DNA of 64,000 bases from Mobula hypostoma (lineage: Eukaryota), in assembly GCF_963921235.1 (NCBI RefSeq), contig NC_086106.1:21576001-21640000 (forward strand), in the 5' to 3' direction. Below the pieces are notes generated by a model that did no database searches, had not been told where the DNA came from, and worked only from the letters and a program-made list of their open reading frames with translations. Positions within the stretch are counted from its first letter, which is position 1. Each line of letters starts with the position of its first letter. This document shows, in pieces, positions 23,881 through 37,345 of the stretch. The position numbers and the translations under genes were made by a program.

Positions 23881-26399
23881 CGTAGGTGGTAAAAGAATTT
23901 TATAACCTCTAGAAAGCATTGGGAGTTATTACCAATGTTTAGGACAATGACCGAAAGATAGTGTGACTGGAAGTAGAAAGAAAATGTATTCCACATACAT
24001 CATTTTCTACGATATACACCCCCTTCACTTCCAACTCGTTCCTAGTTTATTTTGCTTCGAAAATATTGTCACTATGTTTGGAAATCGTTTCTAGTGTACA
24101 CATATTATTTTGAAAATCAGAGATGATATACACAGGTAAAACAGTTAAATATGTCAAGAATAACCTGTCGATGTTTAAATACATGATTTAAATTAAAAGG
24201 AACTGTTCATAACCTACCTTGTTATTGCGATGTTTCGCATCATTGGGAGAGAGCGGTGACCCAAAACTCAAACAGTGGGCATTTGGAGGTAAACTTCCCG
24301 CAGAGACTAGAAAGGAACGTAAGCTATTATTTGAAGAGAAATTTATTACAGTATAACCGCGTTATTGTGCGAATAGCCGTAGATAGTCATAATGCGTAGG
24401 TCATAAAATTGTATTTAACGTTTAGAGATTTGCAGACAGTGAACTGAAGGCCATCACAGGAAATAAAATAGAAGCCCGTGTTTCAGCTCTGTGGGTCACT
24501 TGATGAATGCAAATGACCAATGTTGCTTTATGCATTTTCTCTGCGACTTTTAACATATTTCGAAAAATATTTCAACTGAGGCGTTACTATCGTTTGTCCC
24601 TCCACCAACGATTGTCTCTCGATCTCCTGACCTGCCTGACTAGATGCAGAACGTCAGAATCGACAACGAATACAATGGCGATCCTTGAATTATTGAAAGC
24701 TCATTCATCAGCATTTATTCGATATGTTCTTCGTCCTGTCGTCAAAAAAAAAATATATATATATCATATTTAGATCATTCAGCTGATCTTTGGGAGCAGC
24801 GTGGATTTTTTGTTTTGAGTTTTGTCTGATTGGTTAGTTCAGTAGAAAATAGCAGAACATGCTTTCGATTTAACATTTCTGAACAGCAAAACGCATTAAA
24901 CAATGCGACTTCAGTTATCCGCCCGTCATCTGCAGTGCAAAACCAGACGACACACATTAACATCAACTCCTCAGCACCTCTGCAAAGGGAGAACCAATCT
25001 CCACCCATTTTGCAATGTCACTCTTGTAATACTAAAAAAAAAGTATTCGCATGGACAGCGATAAATATACTTGCATTTCCACTCTCCACTCAGCTGTTAA
25101 TGAGCCGTCTGCGGGTGGGGGCAGCGCGGAGCTAATGTGGAACTGGTCTGTGTAGTTTTGGTCGAATTGAGAAGTCTGGATGCTCACCAACTTCGAATTG
25201 TGGCGACACGGGATGGAAACGAAACGGTGGGGAAAAAAATCCGTAATCCACTAGTTTTGTCGGTGTGAAACTGTAACGTAGTGTACAAAGTCACAATTGT
25301 TACCTAGTTCTTAAAATATGAGTAAAATTTCTGAAATTCCCAGCAGCTTTATTTGGCAATGGGGCATGACAGCAATGACGTGGCTGATTCAGCGCAATGC
25401 GCTGTGATGACTGTTTGTGTAGGCTGTGTCAGCAGCCGCTGTTGGTTGGAAAGCTTTCCTATTTCCAAGTATTGAAGGAAACTTGTGGATTGATCCTAAT
25501 TTTTGTATAGACTGAAACCGCTATGAAAATTGTGTAGTTTAAGCCCAAATAAAACCTGCTATATCATAGGGAATGTTAGCAGTCGGGACAATTATTAACG
25601 GCGGATAGAAATAAAGAACAAAGTGAAATGAATGTGGTACGCTGAGCTTATAAACTACAAAGAGGCTACTGTATTCCTCGCAGCTTCAATGATCTTCTCA
25701 CATTCTCAGGACATCTCAATCCTGCTCCCTTAATTGGCAACACCAAATGTCTTCCCTGTCTGATCTTCGCTCTGATCCTTGCCATGTCTTCCCCTCTCCC
25801 TGCAACCGTCCACACTCTGAGGCGGAATACTCTGTCCACAGTAAGAACATTACCATTGTGCCCATTTGTCTACACCCAAAGGAGTCAGGTACTGGCCACG
25901 ACACCGAGCTGTATTCCTGTCGTCCCCGCCTGATAGCCAGGTTTGCGCAAGAATACCAGACCTCTCACTGGCGATCCCTTCTACCGTCTCCAACCCTACT
26001 CATTTCCTTAGGAAAAAAAACGTTCTTGTGCTCTTCCTGGTTAGATCTTACCGCGTCAAATTGCATACAGGATGCAATTGCCTCGACGTAAACACTTCTC
26101 TCATTTCCTGTAAACTTTCCACTTCTGAACTAATTATCCAGCACTCTGTCTGCAGCAATGCCAACCTGACCATCGAATTCACAGAAATGTGTCTGCTGCT
26201 ACAGTCTGGCGGACTGACCTCTACATTCCGAAGCCAAGCGGCAAATCTTAGACTCCTTCACATACCTACGACTTCAAGAGGATCCTACTCCACACCATGA
26301 GAAAGTTCTCTATGACACCGAAGCTAACCTCATCATCTGTGCAAAGCTCCCCACCACTGCCATAGCTCATAGTTCACTTACCCAGCAATGTTCGCTTCT

Positions 26400-26800
26400 A
26401 TCAGCTACCGAAGATCATGAAATCTAAATGGCTGCGTTGCCCCATTGCCCACTGTCCGGTCCTGTCCTACTGTACTCGTCGCTGGTTATCCCCACTCCAT
26501 TATCTCCCTATTCGTTGCGTTCTTTGTCGTCCAGATCTGAAGCACTTCTCATGCTCTTGGTCTCCTAATTAAATTCCATTATCATGACTCTGACTATCTA
26601 ATTTACACCATAGATTTCCACAACTTATACTCTTGCATACCGTATTAAGAAGACGATATTCTTTTCTATCTCTTTCTCTATAAACTCGCCAACGAATTCC
26701 CCTCTCACTCCCGTCCGGCAGAACTGGACTTCAAACTCAACAGACTTTACCACGGCACCTCCATATTTCAAGCGTCGTGTGGTAGCCTTAAGAAGCCAAA
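26400..26800 (+). mobile_element. Decayed Penelope-like RT fragment
   Basis: Degenerate match to the Penelope RT region (IYTIDFHNLYSCIP, corresponding to FTMDVQSLYTSIP). Many stops. Confidence 0.55.
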
Positions 26801-26849
26801 TGTGTCAGCAGTACCATAACATCATCAGATGTTGAACAATCAGAATTCG

Positions 26850-27260
26850 GCCGGTGTGGCTCGTCGAGTCTGTACACCATTTCAACATGGCTGATACAAT
26901 TTTCTTCTCAGACATAATATCCTCTTTTCTACAAGTATTGCTTCATGCCAAGATCAATAAAGAAGCTATCAGCCTCTGCCTTAAATATATACATAAAGGC
27001 GGTTCTCCGCAGCTCCATGTTCGGAAAAAAATCCACTAAAACTCCACACGCTATCGAAGGAAGTTCCTCCTTATCTCCGTTCTAAAAGGACACGCTTTCT
27101 ATTCTGAGCCAGTGTACTCTGGTCTTCGACTATACCACGGTAGTGATCATCCTTTCAACATCCTCTCGAACAACGCCTGTCACCATTCATTAAGTTTCAA
27201 TCAGATTACCCGTGGAGGAAGATTTTGTGAGTTGATGGTTGTGATAAAAAAGGGGTAATT
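26850..27260 (-). mobile_element. CR1 LINE 3' fragment
   Basis: Resembles the other CR1 3' fragments in the window (for example 44580-44700 and 55200-55400). Confidence 0.6.
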
Positions 27261-28559
27261 ATTTGTTTTTTCTTCTTTTTGTTTAGCATGCGTACCATTT
27301 CGCAGCTTCGTTTGTTATAGATATGGCCTTCGCTTCTGGCGGAGACAAACATTAGAATCCTTACCTCATGTGCCCTGAGAATAAAGCAGCCGTCTAAGTC
27401 CAAAGATCCGGTCCCGATATTGAAATGGTTAAGAGAGCAAATTTAGGGAATCCTTCAGATTGGTCCCAATACCGTAGTGATAGTGACGAATTTCTATACC
27501 TTTAGACCGAAAAACCCATAGTCTTCTCCTCAGTATAACCCTGAACTTCAAATGAAGTAGTCGATCCATCCTTGTGGGTATTGCACAATATTGCTAGTCA
27601 CTAAACCTGCATGTTGGATCTATGAAGCTTTGTGCAAGATTTGCGGGCTGTCAAACAGACAATGCAGCTCATTTTCCCGGTGGGAAAGGACACACACGTC
27701 GCTTTGGCCACTGTAGCATCTAAATCACGCTGGTACCTGATGACTGATTACTGCGTCGCCTTCATTTTGATCCCTGTACACGATACGGTAACTTTAACCT
27801 TTATATACAATGGACAACAATATACCTGGACGCATTTGCCTCAGAACCATACTCAGTGCCAAGGTATAAGTAGCTGCTGTTAGAATCGACTTGTAGACAT
27901 TACTGGTGCCAGTCTCTAGTGTCATTTTGCAACTTGATTATGACACTGGCAGATTGCCAGAACGCAACTATAAGACTGCTAAATCACCTGGAAACCTATG
28001 GACCCCAGTTGTTATTTTCTAAGACAGAGTTTTGAGAAACAACTCTCATTTATTTGGGCAAGAACAATCCAGTTATTTAGTGACGTAAGGAGGGCTTTGG
28101 GAGCTCCGTACCAATTCAGGAAAACGGTGGCTTGAAAAGACTGATGGCATATACTCCACTCAATTAGCATTCGTGGTGCATGGTCTCTCAATGATGGCTG
28201 TAAATGCTGCGAGTTCACGGAATGACTACTCACGCTGCAATGCTGCTCCTCAGTTCAATGGCCACACTACTCTTTACAGCAGCAAGGCGAGCAAGGGATG
28301 AGGTGATGTTATTTACAAATCCAAATTTCAATTTAAAAGAGCACCCGCCCTTAAACCGGACGCCATTGTTTCCAATCACAATGACACAGAACGAAATAAT
28401 TATGTGTTAACTATTGAAGTCAAGACCACCCCTCGCACTGATTTCAGCTCTACCCTTTTAACTAACCCAGCTCTGATTTTTATCATTGAAGATTAATTCA
28501 GTAAGCCTGATGATATTGAGACTATTTCTACTTCCATCTATAGTATCTTTATTTTCAGT

Positions 28560-29195
28560 TTCAGGGTCCTTTTGAAGACTCTGACCTGGAGTTACACGCT
28601 GGCTTCGGTTCTTTTTTGGCAATTGGACTGGCCGTCGGGATTTGACGACTGGCTGTTATGTCAAGAAGGCGGTCTAAGAGCTTAGATCGCCTTCGAAGCT
28701 CCGAAATCTCGGGGCTCTGGAAATGGGCGGATCGAAGGTTGGTGTCCCGGCAGGAGATTGGAGAGTCCTGGGAGTCGGAAGAACTCTGCTGAATTGATTG
28801 TTATGACTCCCCTCTCGCTGTGAAACGAAGACATCTCTTTCTCCCTTATTGGAGAGAGATAAAAACCTATGATATGTCGAGTTCCGGTGGACGAGTGGTC
28901 CTTGTGGTGCTGCATGTCTCTGTCCTTGCCTTTGCTTTGCTGTACGATTGAGCGGTCGATGCTGGGTGCCGATGCTATTTTGCTTTGCCAGTGGAGGGAG
29001 CGGATGATCTTTGGTTCCTTCTACTTACGCTGGGGAGCGAAGCGAGCGGGATGGGGCGGACTTTGGGGTTCCAACAATTAACTGTCATTCATTCTTTATG
29101 GGCATTCCTCTGTTTTTGTTGATGGTTGCGAAGAAAATGTATTTCCGGATGTATATTGCATATATTTCTCAGATATTTAATGTATCTTTCGAACC
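28560..29195 (+). mobile_element. Non-LTR element 3' portion inserted within the ERV
   Basis: It interrupts the pol frame between RT and integrase and ends in an AT-rich LINE/SINE-like tail. Family not identified. Confidence 0.45.
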
Positions 29196-29316
29196 CCGAA
29201 ACCATTAAAATATGAGAGATTGGAAGTGGGTTCCGTCCCTTCAGGTATATCAGCCACTGAGCTACTTCTAATTTTTGCATCTGCAGATAGATTTTGTGCA
29301 TATACCAGAAAATGAG

Positions 29317-29318
29317 GT

Positions 29319-29360
<42 letters not shown>

Positions 29361-29380
29361 CGGGGGGGGGCGGGGGGGCG
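29317..29380. repeat. (GT)n plus G-rich microsatellite
   Basis: Visible repeat that splits the integrase remnant. Confidence 0.9.
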
Positions 29381-31189
29381 GGTGGTGAAGTCTGTATATA
29401 TAAATATTTGTTAGTAATAATAAACATTCTTTGTAAATACATAAACGCCTTTCCCTTACGAAAAATAAATGACACTAGTTCAGTAATTAAGATTATTCCC
29501 CGATTTTTGAATTCTTTGTAATTTTAATGGTGATGGAGGAATGCTCTTTGAGGGGAAATTGACTAGATCATTGAGAAAACCCTGGAATTCCCCTGGAGGG
29601 GTATGCGACCAAACAACTATAATAATCCGGATTAAAGCAAATGATAAACGGAGTTCTGATGGGCACTCTGACCGCAGAATGCCAACAATCGAACGAAAAT
29701 AGTTCTGCATACATTGGACATGTTACCCCGACAACAAATTAACACATTTTCAAATATTGATTAGAAGTCCTCCCAGGTGTTCTCGATCCTCTTTTGAAAT
29801 GGCCCAAACACGGCAGTTATCGGTGGATGAGAAACCCTACAAATAATAAAATATTTAGTTGCAGCTATTTGAATGAAGCATCTGAAAGTGATAACCGCTG
29901 TCCAAAAACGTGGGAAGGGAAATCTTCATCATTTAAACCAGGAGATTATGTGTATATTTACTAGCGGGAACGGCCCTATCAATTGCACTTCACGGCTGTC
30001 CAGGTACAAAGCAAAGCCGGATGGATCCACACAGCGAAGTGTAGGCTGTATCAGTCCTCTGATGCGTAGTCCCATAGTTTACTGGACTAGAAGGACAACT
30101 GAAAAAAAAAAAAACAAAATGAAGTGCCTAACGATATCTTGAGTTATTTGCATCATTGACGTTGCGTCTGGGTTTCTGGGCTTACCTGTGCTTGGAATAG
30201 TTATTTAGGCTTAACTGCTGAAGTAGTCGCCACTCAAACTGGGTCCTGCAAAAGAGGGTGGTCTCAGAGAGCAGGAAATTGTGCTGTTATAGGGCAGCAA
30301 TATTTCACCAATATTCCTGACGTATTTGAACATATAGCGCAACTGACGGATCATACACAAGAAAGTGTAAAACTAGATTTGTAAGATCGGAGGATAATTC
30401 CACTACGAATATTTTAAAGAATATTTTTGGCGGTTGGTGGAGAATGCTCGTACATTATAGAATTGTTATCACTGTGATAATAGTATGCTCTTTTTTGCAT
30501 ATTGTATTTCAAATGTGCAAATGTAATCCATAGGTTCCCTGGAGTTAATACTGATACTTAGTTCCCCAAATCTAATGAGGAGGAATATTTGTAAAAGAGT
30601 CACTTACCTCAGATCCCTACCTATTTGCTTCCTCTGATATTTATGGTTGATCTTGAAACGAAAAAAAAAGAGGGGACTATGGAAGAAAATATTGTGAGTT
30701 AATTAATTCGATATCCAAATAGGTAATCTTAGCTTTATGAATATGAAAAAAATCAGTTTTCAGCTTGATTTGTTACAGATATGGCCTTGGTTTTTAGCAG
30801 AGAGAAGTCTTAGAAAAAAAAACACTTCGGTTACTCATCTTATCAAAATTAGCCTGAGGATATGAGACAAACTGTTTATACAAAGTTGTCCACATGAATG
30901 TTTTGTTTTCGGTGTTGCTCTGGGTATAGCTTATCACGAGATAAATGTATGTGAACCTAGCTTATCGGTAATTTATTTGTCTCCCACTGAAGTATCTCAA
31001 GTATCGTTTTCTAGAAGTCTGATATACACTCTCGCCTCTCATTTCATTTTTTATCTATCAGAAGAAACTGATGGTATCCTCTTGATTATTATTGATTACA
31101 TTACCGTTGTATTTCAACTTTGCATGCTTAGTGAAGTTTACGTTTTCTTCTGTTAGTTTTCTCGTTAAAAGCTGCTAAATTAAAATTCT

Positions 31190-31980
31190 CATTATTGTTC
31201 CCTCGATTATATGCCCTCTCTTTGTCTTCCTCGTTAGCTTTGACTTCTCTTATTAGTCACAATTATGTCATCTTTCCTTCAAAATACTTCCTCTTTGTCA
31301 TGTATGTGTCCTGTGTCTTCCCACTTATATCCAGAAATGATAGCCAATGCCGTCCTGCCGTAAATCCTCCTTGTTTCTTTATCAATCAAATCTGGGCAAC
31401 TCCACTCTCTCATGCCCCTGTCATTAATTTTATTCCACTGTAGTATTGACAAATTAGACTTCAGTTTTTCGTTATCAGTTTTGAGGGTGAATTCGATCAT
31501 ATTGTAATTACATATCCCTAAGGGTTCTTTCACCTTCCCGATCATTGCATAACATCAATCCAGAATTTCTGATCCCCTAGTGGGCTCAACGACAAGCTGC
31601 ACTAAAATGCCATTTTGCACGCGCCTTAATCCTTTCTCTCCTCCTGGATTCCAGTGCAAACCTATTTTTTTTTTCCAATCTACTTGCATATTTAACTTCT
31701 CCATGACTATTGTAGTATTGCACTTTCGGCAACTATTTTCACTTCCGGTTATAATTTGCGGGCCAGATGCACATTACTGTTTGGGGTGTATATATAAATC
31801 CCATCAGGGTTTTTTTACTCTTGTAGATGTTAGCTCTATCCACAATGATTCAACATCTTCCGACGCTACTTCTCCTCATTCTAATGATTAGATTGCATTT
31901 CATACTAACACAGTAACACCGCCCCTCATCTCACTACAACGATGAGCATTTGACATTATGCTCCTAGCTATCATCTTCTG
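31190..31980 (-). mobile_element. Decayed CR1 LINE (endonuclease/RT linker region)
   Basis: ORF 31279..31545 VKEPLGICNYNMIEF...LQWNK corresponds to the CR1 motif V.EPLG.SDHNMIEF. Confidence 0.65.
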
Positions 31981-32739
31981 TCAACTATAACTTCGTGAAA
32001 TGTCCATCATCAAGTCTGCCAATTTGCAACTGCACTGCAAATCCATCTGCCTTATTGCATATACTGTGCACAATCAAACATAACACCATCAGTCCTCTAG
32101 TCAACATTTTTGATATTGTTCATCTTTACTTTGCAGCTCCTGCTTTTGTCTGCAATTTTGCCCTATCAACAACCTCCCTTTACTGCACATTGCATGCCTC
32201 TCGAAATCAATCTCCTCATCTTCAACACAGTTGTACAACTTTCCTACGATATTTCTTGCACAGCAATAAAGGCAGCTCTGGCCTCTAATCGCAGGTTGTT
32301 GAACCATGTGATAGCTAAATATATCTGAAGTCCTCCCGGCATCTGTCTCCACAGCCTCTCCAGTAACTGTTCTGGCACTCAGATACCCAACCCCCTGCAA
32401 CTATTGTTTATACCACGTCGTGGCTAGGATATTAGTACCTCCTCCCGTTCAAGTGCATACTGTCCCTTGTGAACATATCCCACCTTACCTGGAAGAGATA
32501 ATTGTCTTTTCGTTAGATACTGAGGTCAGTTTATTTTCTAAGCCTGCCACAGTGTTGCTAGTAACTCCTCCTCCGCTACGTTGCCGACGGTGTTAATGCT
32601 ACTTCATGCAACCATATTGATCGCACAACATCACTAATCTTGTCTCGAAGCGCCATATTTTCTTTAAATTAAATTGGTCCATTTCTGATATCACCCACCG
32701 CAATTCCGATCTTTCTGTCTCTATTTCTGCAGACTAACC

Positions 32740-33950
32740 GTCATCAGACCACTTCTACAACCTAACGATTCCCACGGTTATCTTGACTTTCTCTCTTGTC
32801 AACTTTCATTTTATAGAAACGCTATTCACTTTTCTGAGTTCCTTCATCTCTGTCGCATCTGTTCCCAGGATGTGGTTTTCCATCCCAGGATGTGGTTTTC
32901 CATCCCAGGACTTATGATAGGTCATCCTACTTTAAAGCACGGCGTTTCCCTTCCTGTACGAGTGAGGCAGATCTCATCTGCATCTTCTCATTTTCCAAAC
33001 ATCCACTTTCACTCCATCATCCCGGTGCCTTAACAGTAATACAGTTCCTCTTGTCCTTATCAACAATTCCGTGATACTGCACATCCGACAGGTCTTTCAC
33101 AGCAAATGTTGTTATCTCTAAAGGAATTCTACTACCAAATAAACTTTACCCCCACCCTTGTCTATGCTTTTCGCAGGGATTCCTCCTTCCCTGAATCACT
33201 TCTACACTGGTCCCTCGCTATTATTTTCCCTCTTGGTACTTATCCACGCAAGCGGAAAAAGTACTACACCTGTCCATTCACTCATTCCATTGAGAGCCCC
33301 AAACCATCCTACCAGGTCTATGTACCTTCGTGTAATTTCAGGTCTATATACCTTGGTGTAACTTCAGGTCTGTATACCTTGGTGTAACTTGCGGTTAAAT
33401 TGGGGTACTGCTATGTGAAACAACTTCGCTGAATGAGCTAAAAGTGGGAGTTCCCGGTTGCTGACAATTTGCATTCTGATTCCTATTCTCGTCCTGACAT
33501 GTCAGTCCATTGCCTTGTCTTCGCTACGACGAGGCCACCATGAGGGTGGCCGTGTAATACGTTATCTTCCGTCTGGTTAGACTCTAACTTACTGGCAGGA
33601 GTGTCAATTCCTCCTTCCACTATTTCTTTCCTCCATCACCCTTTTCTTCTGTTCCGCACTCTGGCTTCTTTCCTTTTCTTACGCACTTATCTCCTCTCAT
33701 TGGGTCCCCTTCTCTTACCTCCCCTACATTCGTACACATTCCTCTCCTAACAGATTTGTTCTCTCCAGCTCATTACCTTTCCTAGAGACCTGGCTTCACC
33801 TATCGTCTTCTAGCTATTCTCCTTCCATTCCCCAACTTCCTTTATATCATGGTGTTTTCCTTCTTATTTTCCAGTCATGAAGAAGGATCTCTACCTGAAA
33901 CATCAAGTATTTATTGATTCCTATATATATATCGATTAATATAGTTATTC
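32740..33950 (+). mobile_element. Decayed Penelope-like element
   Basis: Homologous to the reverse complement of 205-1522 (FLHLCRICSQD, RKRKKYYTCPFTHS, and the 3' end). Contains small internal tandem duplications at about 32865-32910 and 33335-33390. Confidence 0.75.
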
Positions 33951-36769
33951 ATTTCTCATTGCTCTTAAATTAATTTATCATTATAACTAATTATACGCTA
34001 TGTTTTGCATTTTACTGCTGACACAGTACAAGTTGCCGACATATATCAGTGATAAAAAAAAAATCCTTACTGTAATTTTACCACTGGAAAAAAAAACAGT
34101 ACAGTATGCGAAAATTGTATATTGTGAAAGCTTCGGATATGAAAACCACCATCAGAACCGTTAAGGGAGGAATTTAGATTTTTAAAAAAAACATAATTGC
34201 AGGAATAGATAGTTTAAGGCGAATAGAACTGATAGGGTAATTTCAGCTTTCTCACGGAGAACAGACCTGAAAGTGTTCATGCACTTAACGACTTATAGTC
34301 ACCGCCATAGACAGGATTCTGACTGGGATGCTTACCGGCATCCAAATATTTCGGATTAACATAGAAGCTGCAACAAAAATAGGACCCCTTAAGCAACCCA
34401 GGCAAACGTTAGTCCATGAGAATTATTAATGTCTTCCAATAACACTATTCTCTGCATTTCTGGTCAGAGACTAAACGCATTTCATTGGCTTGAATCTGTA
34501 CTCGGCACAATGACAATGAAGTTGAATCTAAATCTAATCTAATTATTCAGTTCAGCTAGTTGATGCGGCACAACGTCCCGCATCCTATTTGATAAGAGGT
34601 GGCTGATGGAACATTTCTCTTCAGTAGTTTGAGTGTGGCCAATGAGCAACTGAACAACAGAAACACGGTAAGTGCTAGTTTAGTGAAGTAGAACGAAATC
34701 ACAAAGTGGAGCAGGAGTTGTTTCGGTGCTACAATGATGTTGCGGAAAACACCAGTGGAGAACCACAGCCTGAAATCACTAAGGAACCCTTTGAGGACAC
34801 GGTGTAGTGAAACCAGCTGTCTCCTTCAATGCTGATATGCGTTGGGTTTGCATAGGTTTGATAAATGCCGTTTACCATGTGCATGAGCCGCTCAGTAGGT
34901 TTTAATTACCAGGGCTTCGGAGTTTTGCGTTCATTCCCTGCGCCCGCTGTAAGGTGTTTCTCTACTTCCTTAACGTGGAATGCATCCGGTTTAGCTGTGT
35001 GCTTCTGCTTCCTAAAACAGTCGAAAGAGGTATTGGTTAGGTAGGTTGAAAAATGTTCCGTGATTGGATTAGAGATATAAAAAAGAAATGTTGGAGGCTG
35101 CTGAGAAGCATGGTTCGTAGGGGCGAAGTGCATATTCCGTATTGCATTTCAAATATAAACATAACAACATTCCCATCACTGCACACAGTACTGAAGTCAT
35201 ATAACAACAAAGGCACTAGGTTTCCTAATACTGTGGACATTCCAGTGCTTTGCAAGTGCTGTTGTCACTTGTGGTCCGTTCCACCAGAGTCAGACACGGA
35301 TTTCGCTGTGTAATTTTCAATATATCATCTATGTTATTTTCATCTATGTTAAACACCATATATAGCCAATTTTCTCTTTCAGTGTCCAAAGCAAAGAGAT
35401 CATTCATCCATGTCCATACACCAAGCCGAACATTCGTTCATATTACTATGGGTCTAATGATACTGGGTTCGGTCACTTCATATACTGACCAAGCCTCAAT
35501 GCACTTGGAGCAATCGGTATTAATGATAATCAGGATAAAATATGCTCTTGCACATGAATAGTATTGTGATACATGGCCGCAAACAGCTAATCCTGTCACT
35601 CCTAATTCTGCACTAACTCTTGTGAAAACCGGAGCAGCATCGTGCACGTGGTCTCACAGGAATGCACTAGGCAAAGCCATATACAAATAGAGAAATATTT
35701 AAACATTAAGTCACAAACTACTGCAGAACCAGTTACTTCGGTCTAGTTGCTCATGCTGAAGTGTTGTTTGCATTTGTCCCACCGTTCCGTATCTGCAGAA
35801 TTCCTCTTAACAGCTCTCACATCAACGTATTAATTTAAAACTGTCTTGTATGTTCCCATGGAGCATGCATCCAGGACTTCCGCAGGCGGCTTGTTCCATT
35901 TTTGCCCTAAGCTCCGAGAGATGTACCCTCATCAACTCTCCCTTGAATACGTCCTGGGAATAAAATACATTAAGTCAAACTGCACATGATACTCGATGTA
36001 TCTGCACATAATACTTCAAAGTATGTAGGTTGTAAGGTCTATGCGAGACGTATGTCTTTCACTCGGTGCAGAAATTATTACCAAGATATACAGATCAGAA
36101 ATTAGTTCAGATTTTTCAGGTGCAAGAAACTCAGAACGTTGAGGTTGTTATCACTGAGGGAACCCAAGTTTCAACGTCCAGTTCTGTGATTGCAAATAAT
36201 TGTAAAAAAAAACAATTCTAAACCTCTATCGCTTTGCTACACGAAACTAATTCGAGTTCACACTGTAATTTATTGTCTTTCAACCGTACACATGATTACC
36301 ACCAAAAGATAGAACGTTCCTCCGAAATAAGGTGTAGAACACAGTATATAAAACTCATATACGTTACACATAAAGTTCAATGTTCGAACTATAAAGAATA
36401 TTTCATTATTATGCTGCATAAATGTTACCATTTACGGCCCTGAGAATCATCTTCATGCGCGCATTCTAATTGTATCTATAGAATAATAACAGTAACATAA
36501 TCAATGAAAGACCGCCGAAATTGAGTGTTCAACCACAGTGCAGACGAAAGTAAACATAAAATTGGAAAGAAAAAAAAAAGGATATTTAATAATTATGCAA
36601 TACGTATCAAGTAAATGAGATGATGATTCCTTGAAAGTGAGTGCCTTCGTTCTGGAAACGTTTTAACGATGTGGAAAGTGAAGTTTGTTTGTTTTTTTTT
36701 GCATTGTTTCAAAACCTGATAGCTGAAGGTTAGTAATTCGGTGGTGTGAGTTCTGATTATAGCTTCTTC

Positions 36770-37345
36770 GCGATACCAGCAGTGAAAAAACATGTAGGGA
36801 TGACCGGTATTGGTTTTCTTCGTGAGCGTTTCATGTTGATATGCCCAGTGGTAAGGAGGGCTTTACCCATGATGGATTGAACCATATCTACAACTGTTTG
36901 CAGCATTTATTGCTCCAGGACATTGACATCTCCATACAAGACGGAGGTACAGACAGTCCTAATATTCATGACACATCCATGGACATATATAAAACATTAA
37001 GATGCCAAAAATATGTGGAGGCGCCACCTGCTTTCCTCGTAATAGTACATATGTGCTGTATCCAAGGCAGGTGCTCTGAAATATTAACAACTTGGAAGTT
37101 AAATTTGCCTAACCTCTCTAATTCTGATTTTTCGATGGGGATTTGCTAATGGACCTTCAGTTTCCTTCTGCTGAACATGATGTTCTTACTGGCGTTGCGT
37201 AATAGTAATTCTTATCACATCACTCAGACAGACTTTTAATCCCATTCATATGTACTGAGTCGTCAGCAACTTGGATTACACCCACGATAGCAGCATCATC
37301 AGCAAACGTGAAAATGGCATTGAGTTCTGCTTAACCACAGGGTCT
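36770..37345 (-). mobile_element. Decayed non-LTR (Rex1/L2-like) RT fragment
   Basis: FSRLLMMLLSWV / ADDAAIVG-type RT motif near 37290-37320. Many stops. Confidence 0.55.

Larger units (their letters stand above)
27560..30680 (+). mobile_element. Decayed endogenous retrovirus (pol RT, integrase, env TM, PPT), gamma/epsilon-like
   Basis: RT: VQDLRAVK (about 27632) and TFIYNGQQYTWTHLPQ (about 27790-27845). Integrase: FLHLQIDFVHIP (about 29272) and YLLVIINILCKYINAFP...IIPRF (29400-29510). Env TM: AGNCAVIGQQYFTNIPDVFEHIAQL followed by a hydrophobic segment (30270-30530). PPT AAAAAAAAAGAGGGGAC at about 30661-30677. Interrupted by later insertions. Confidence 0.75.
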
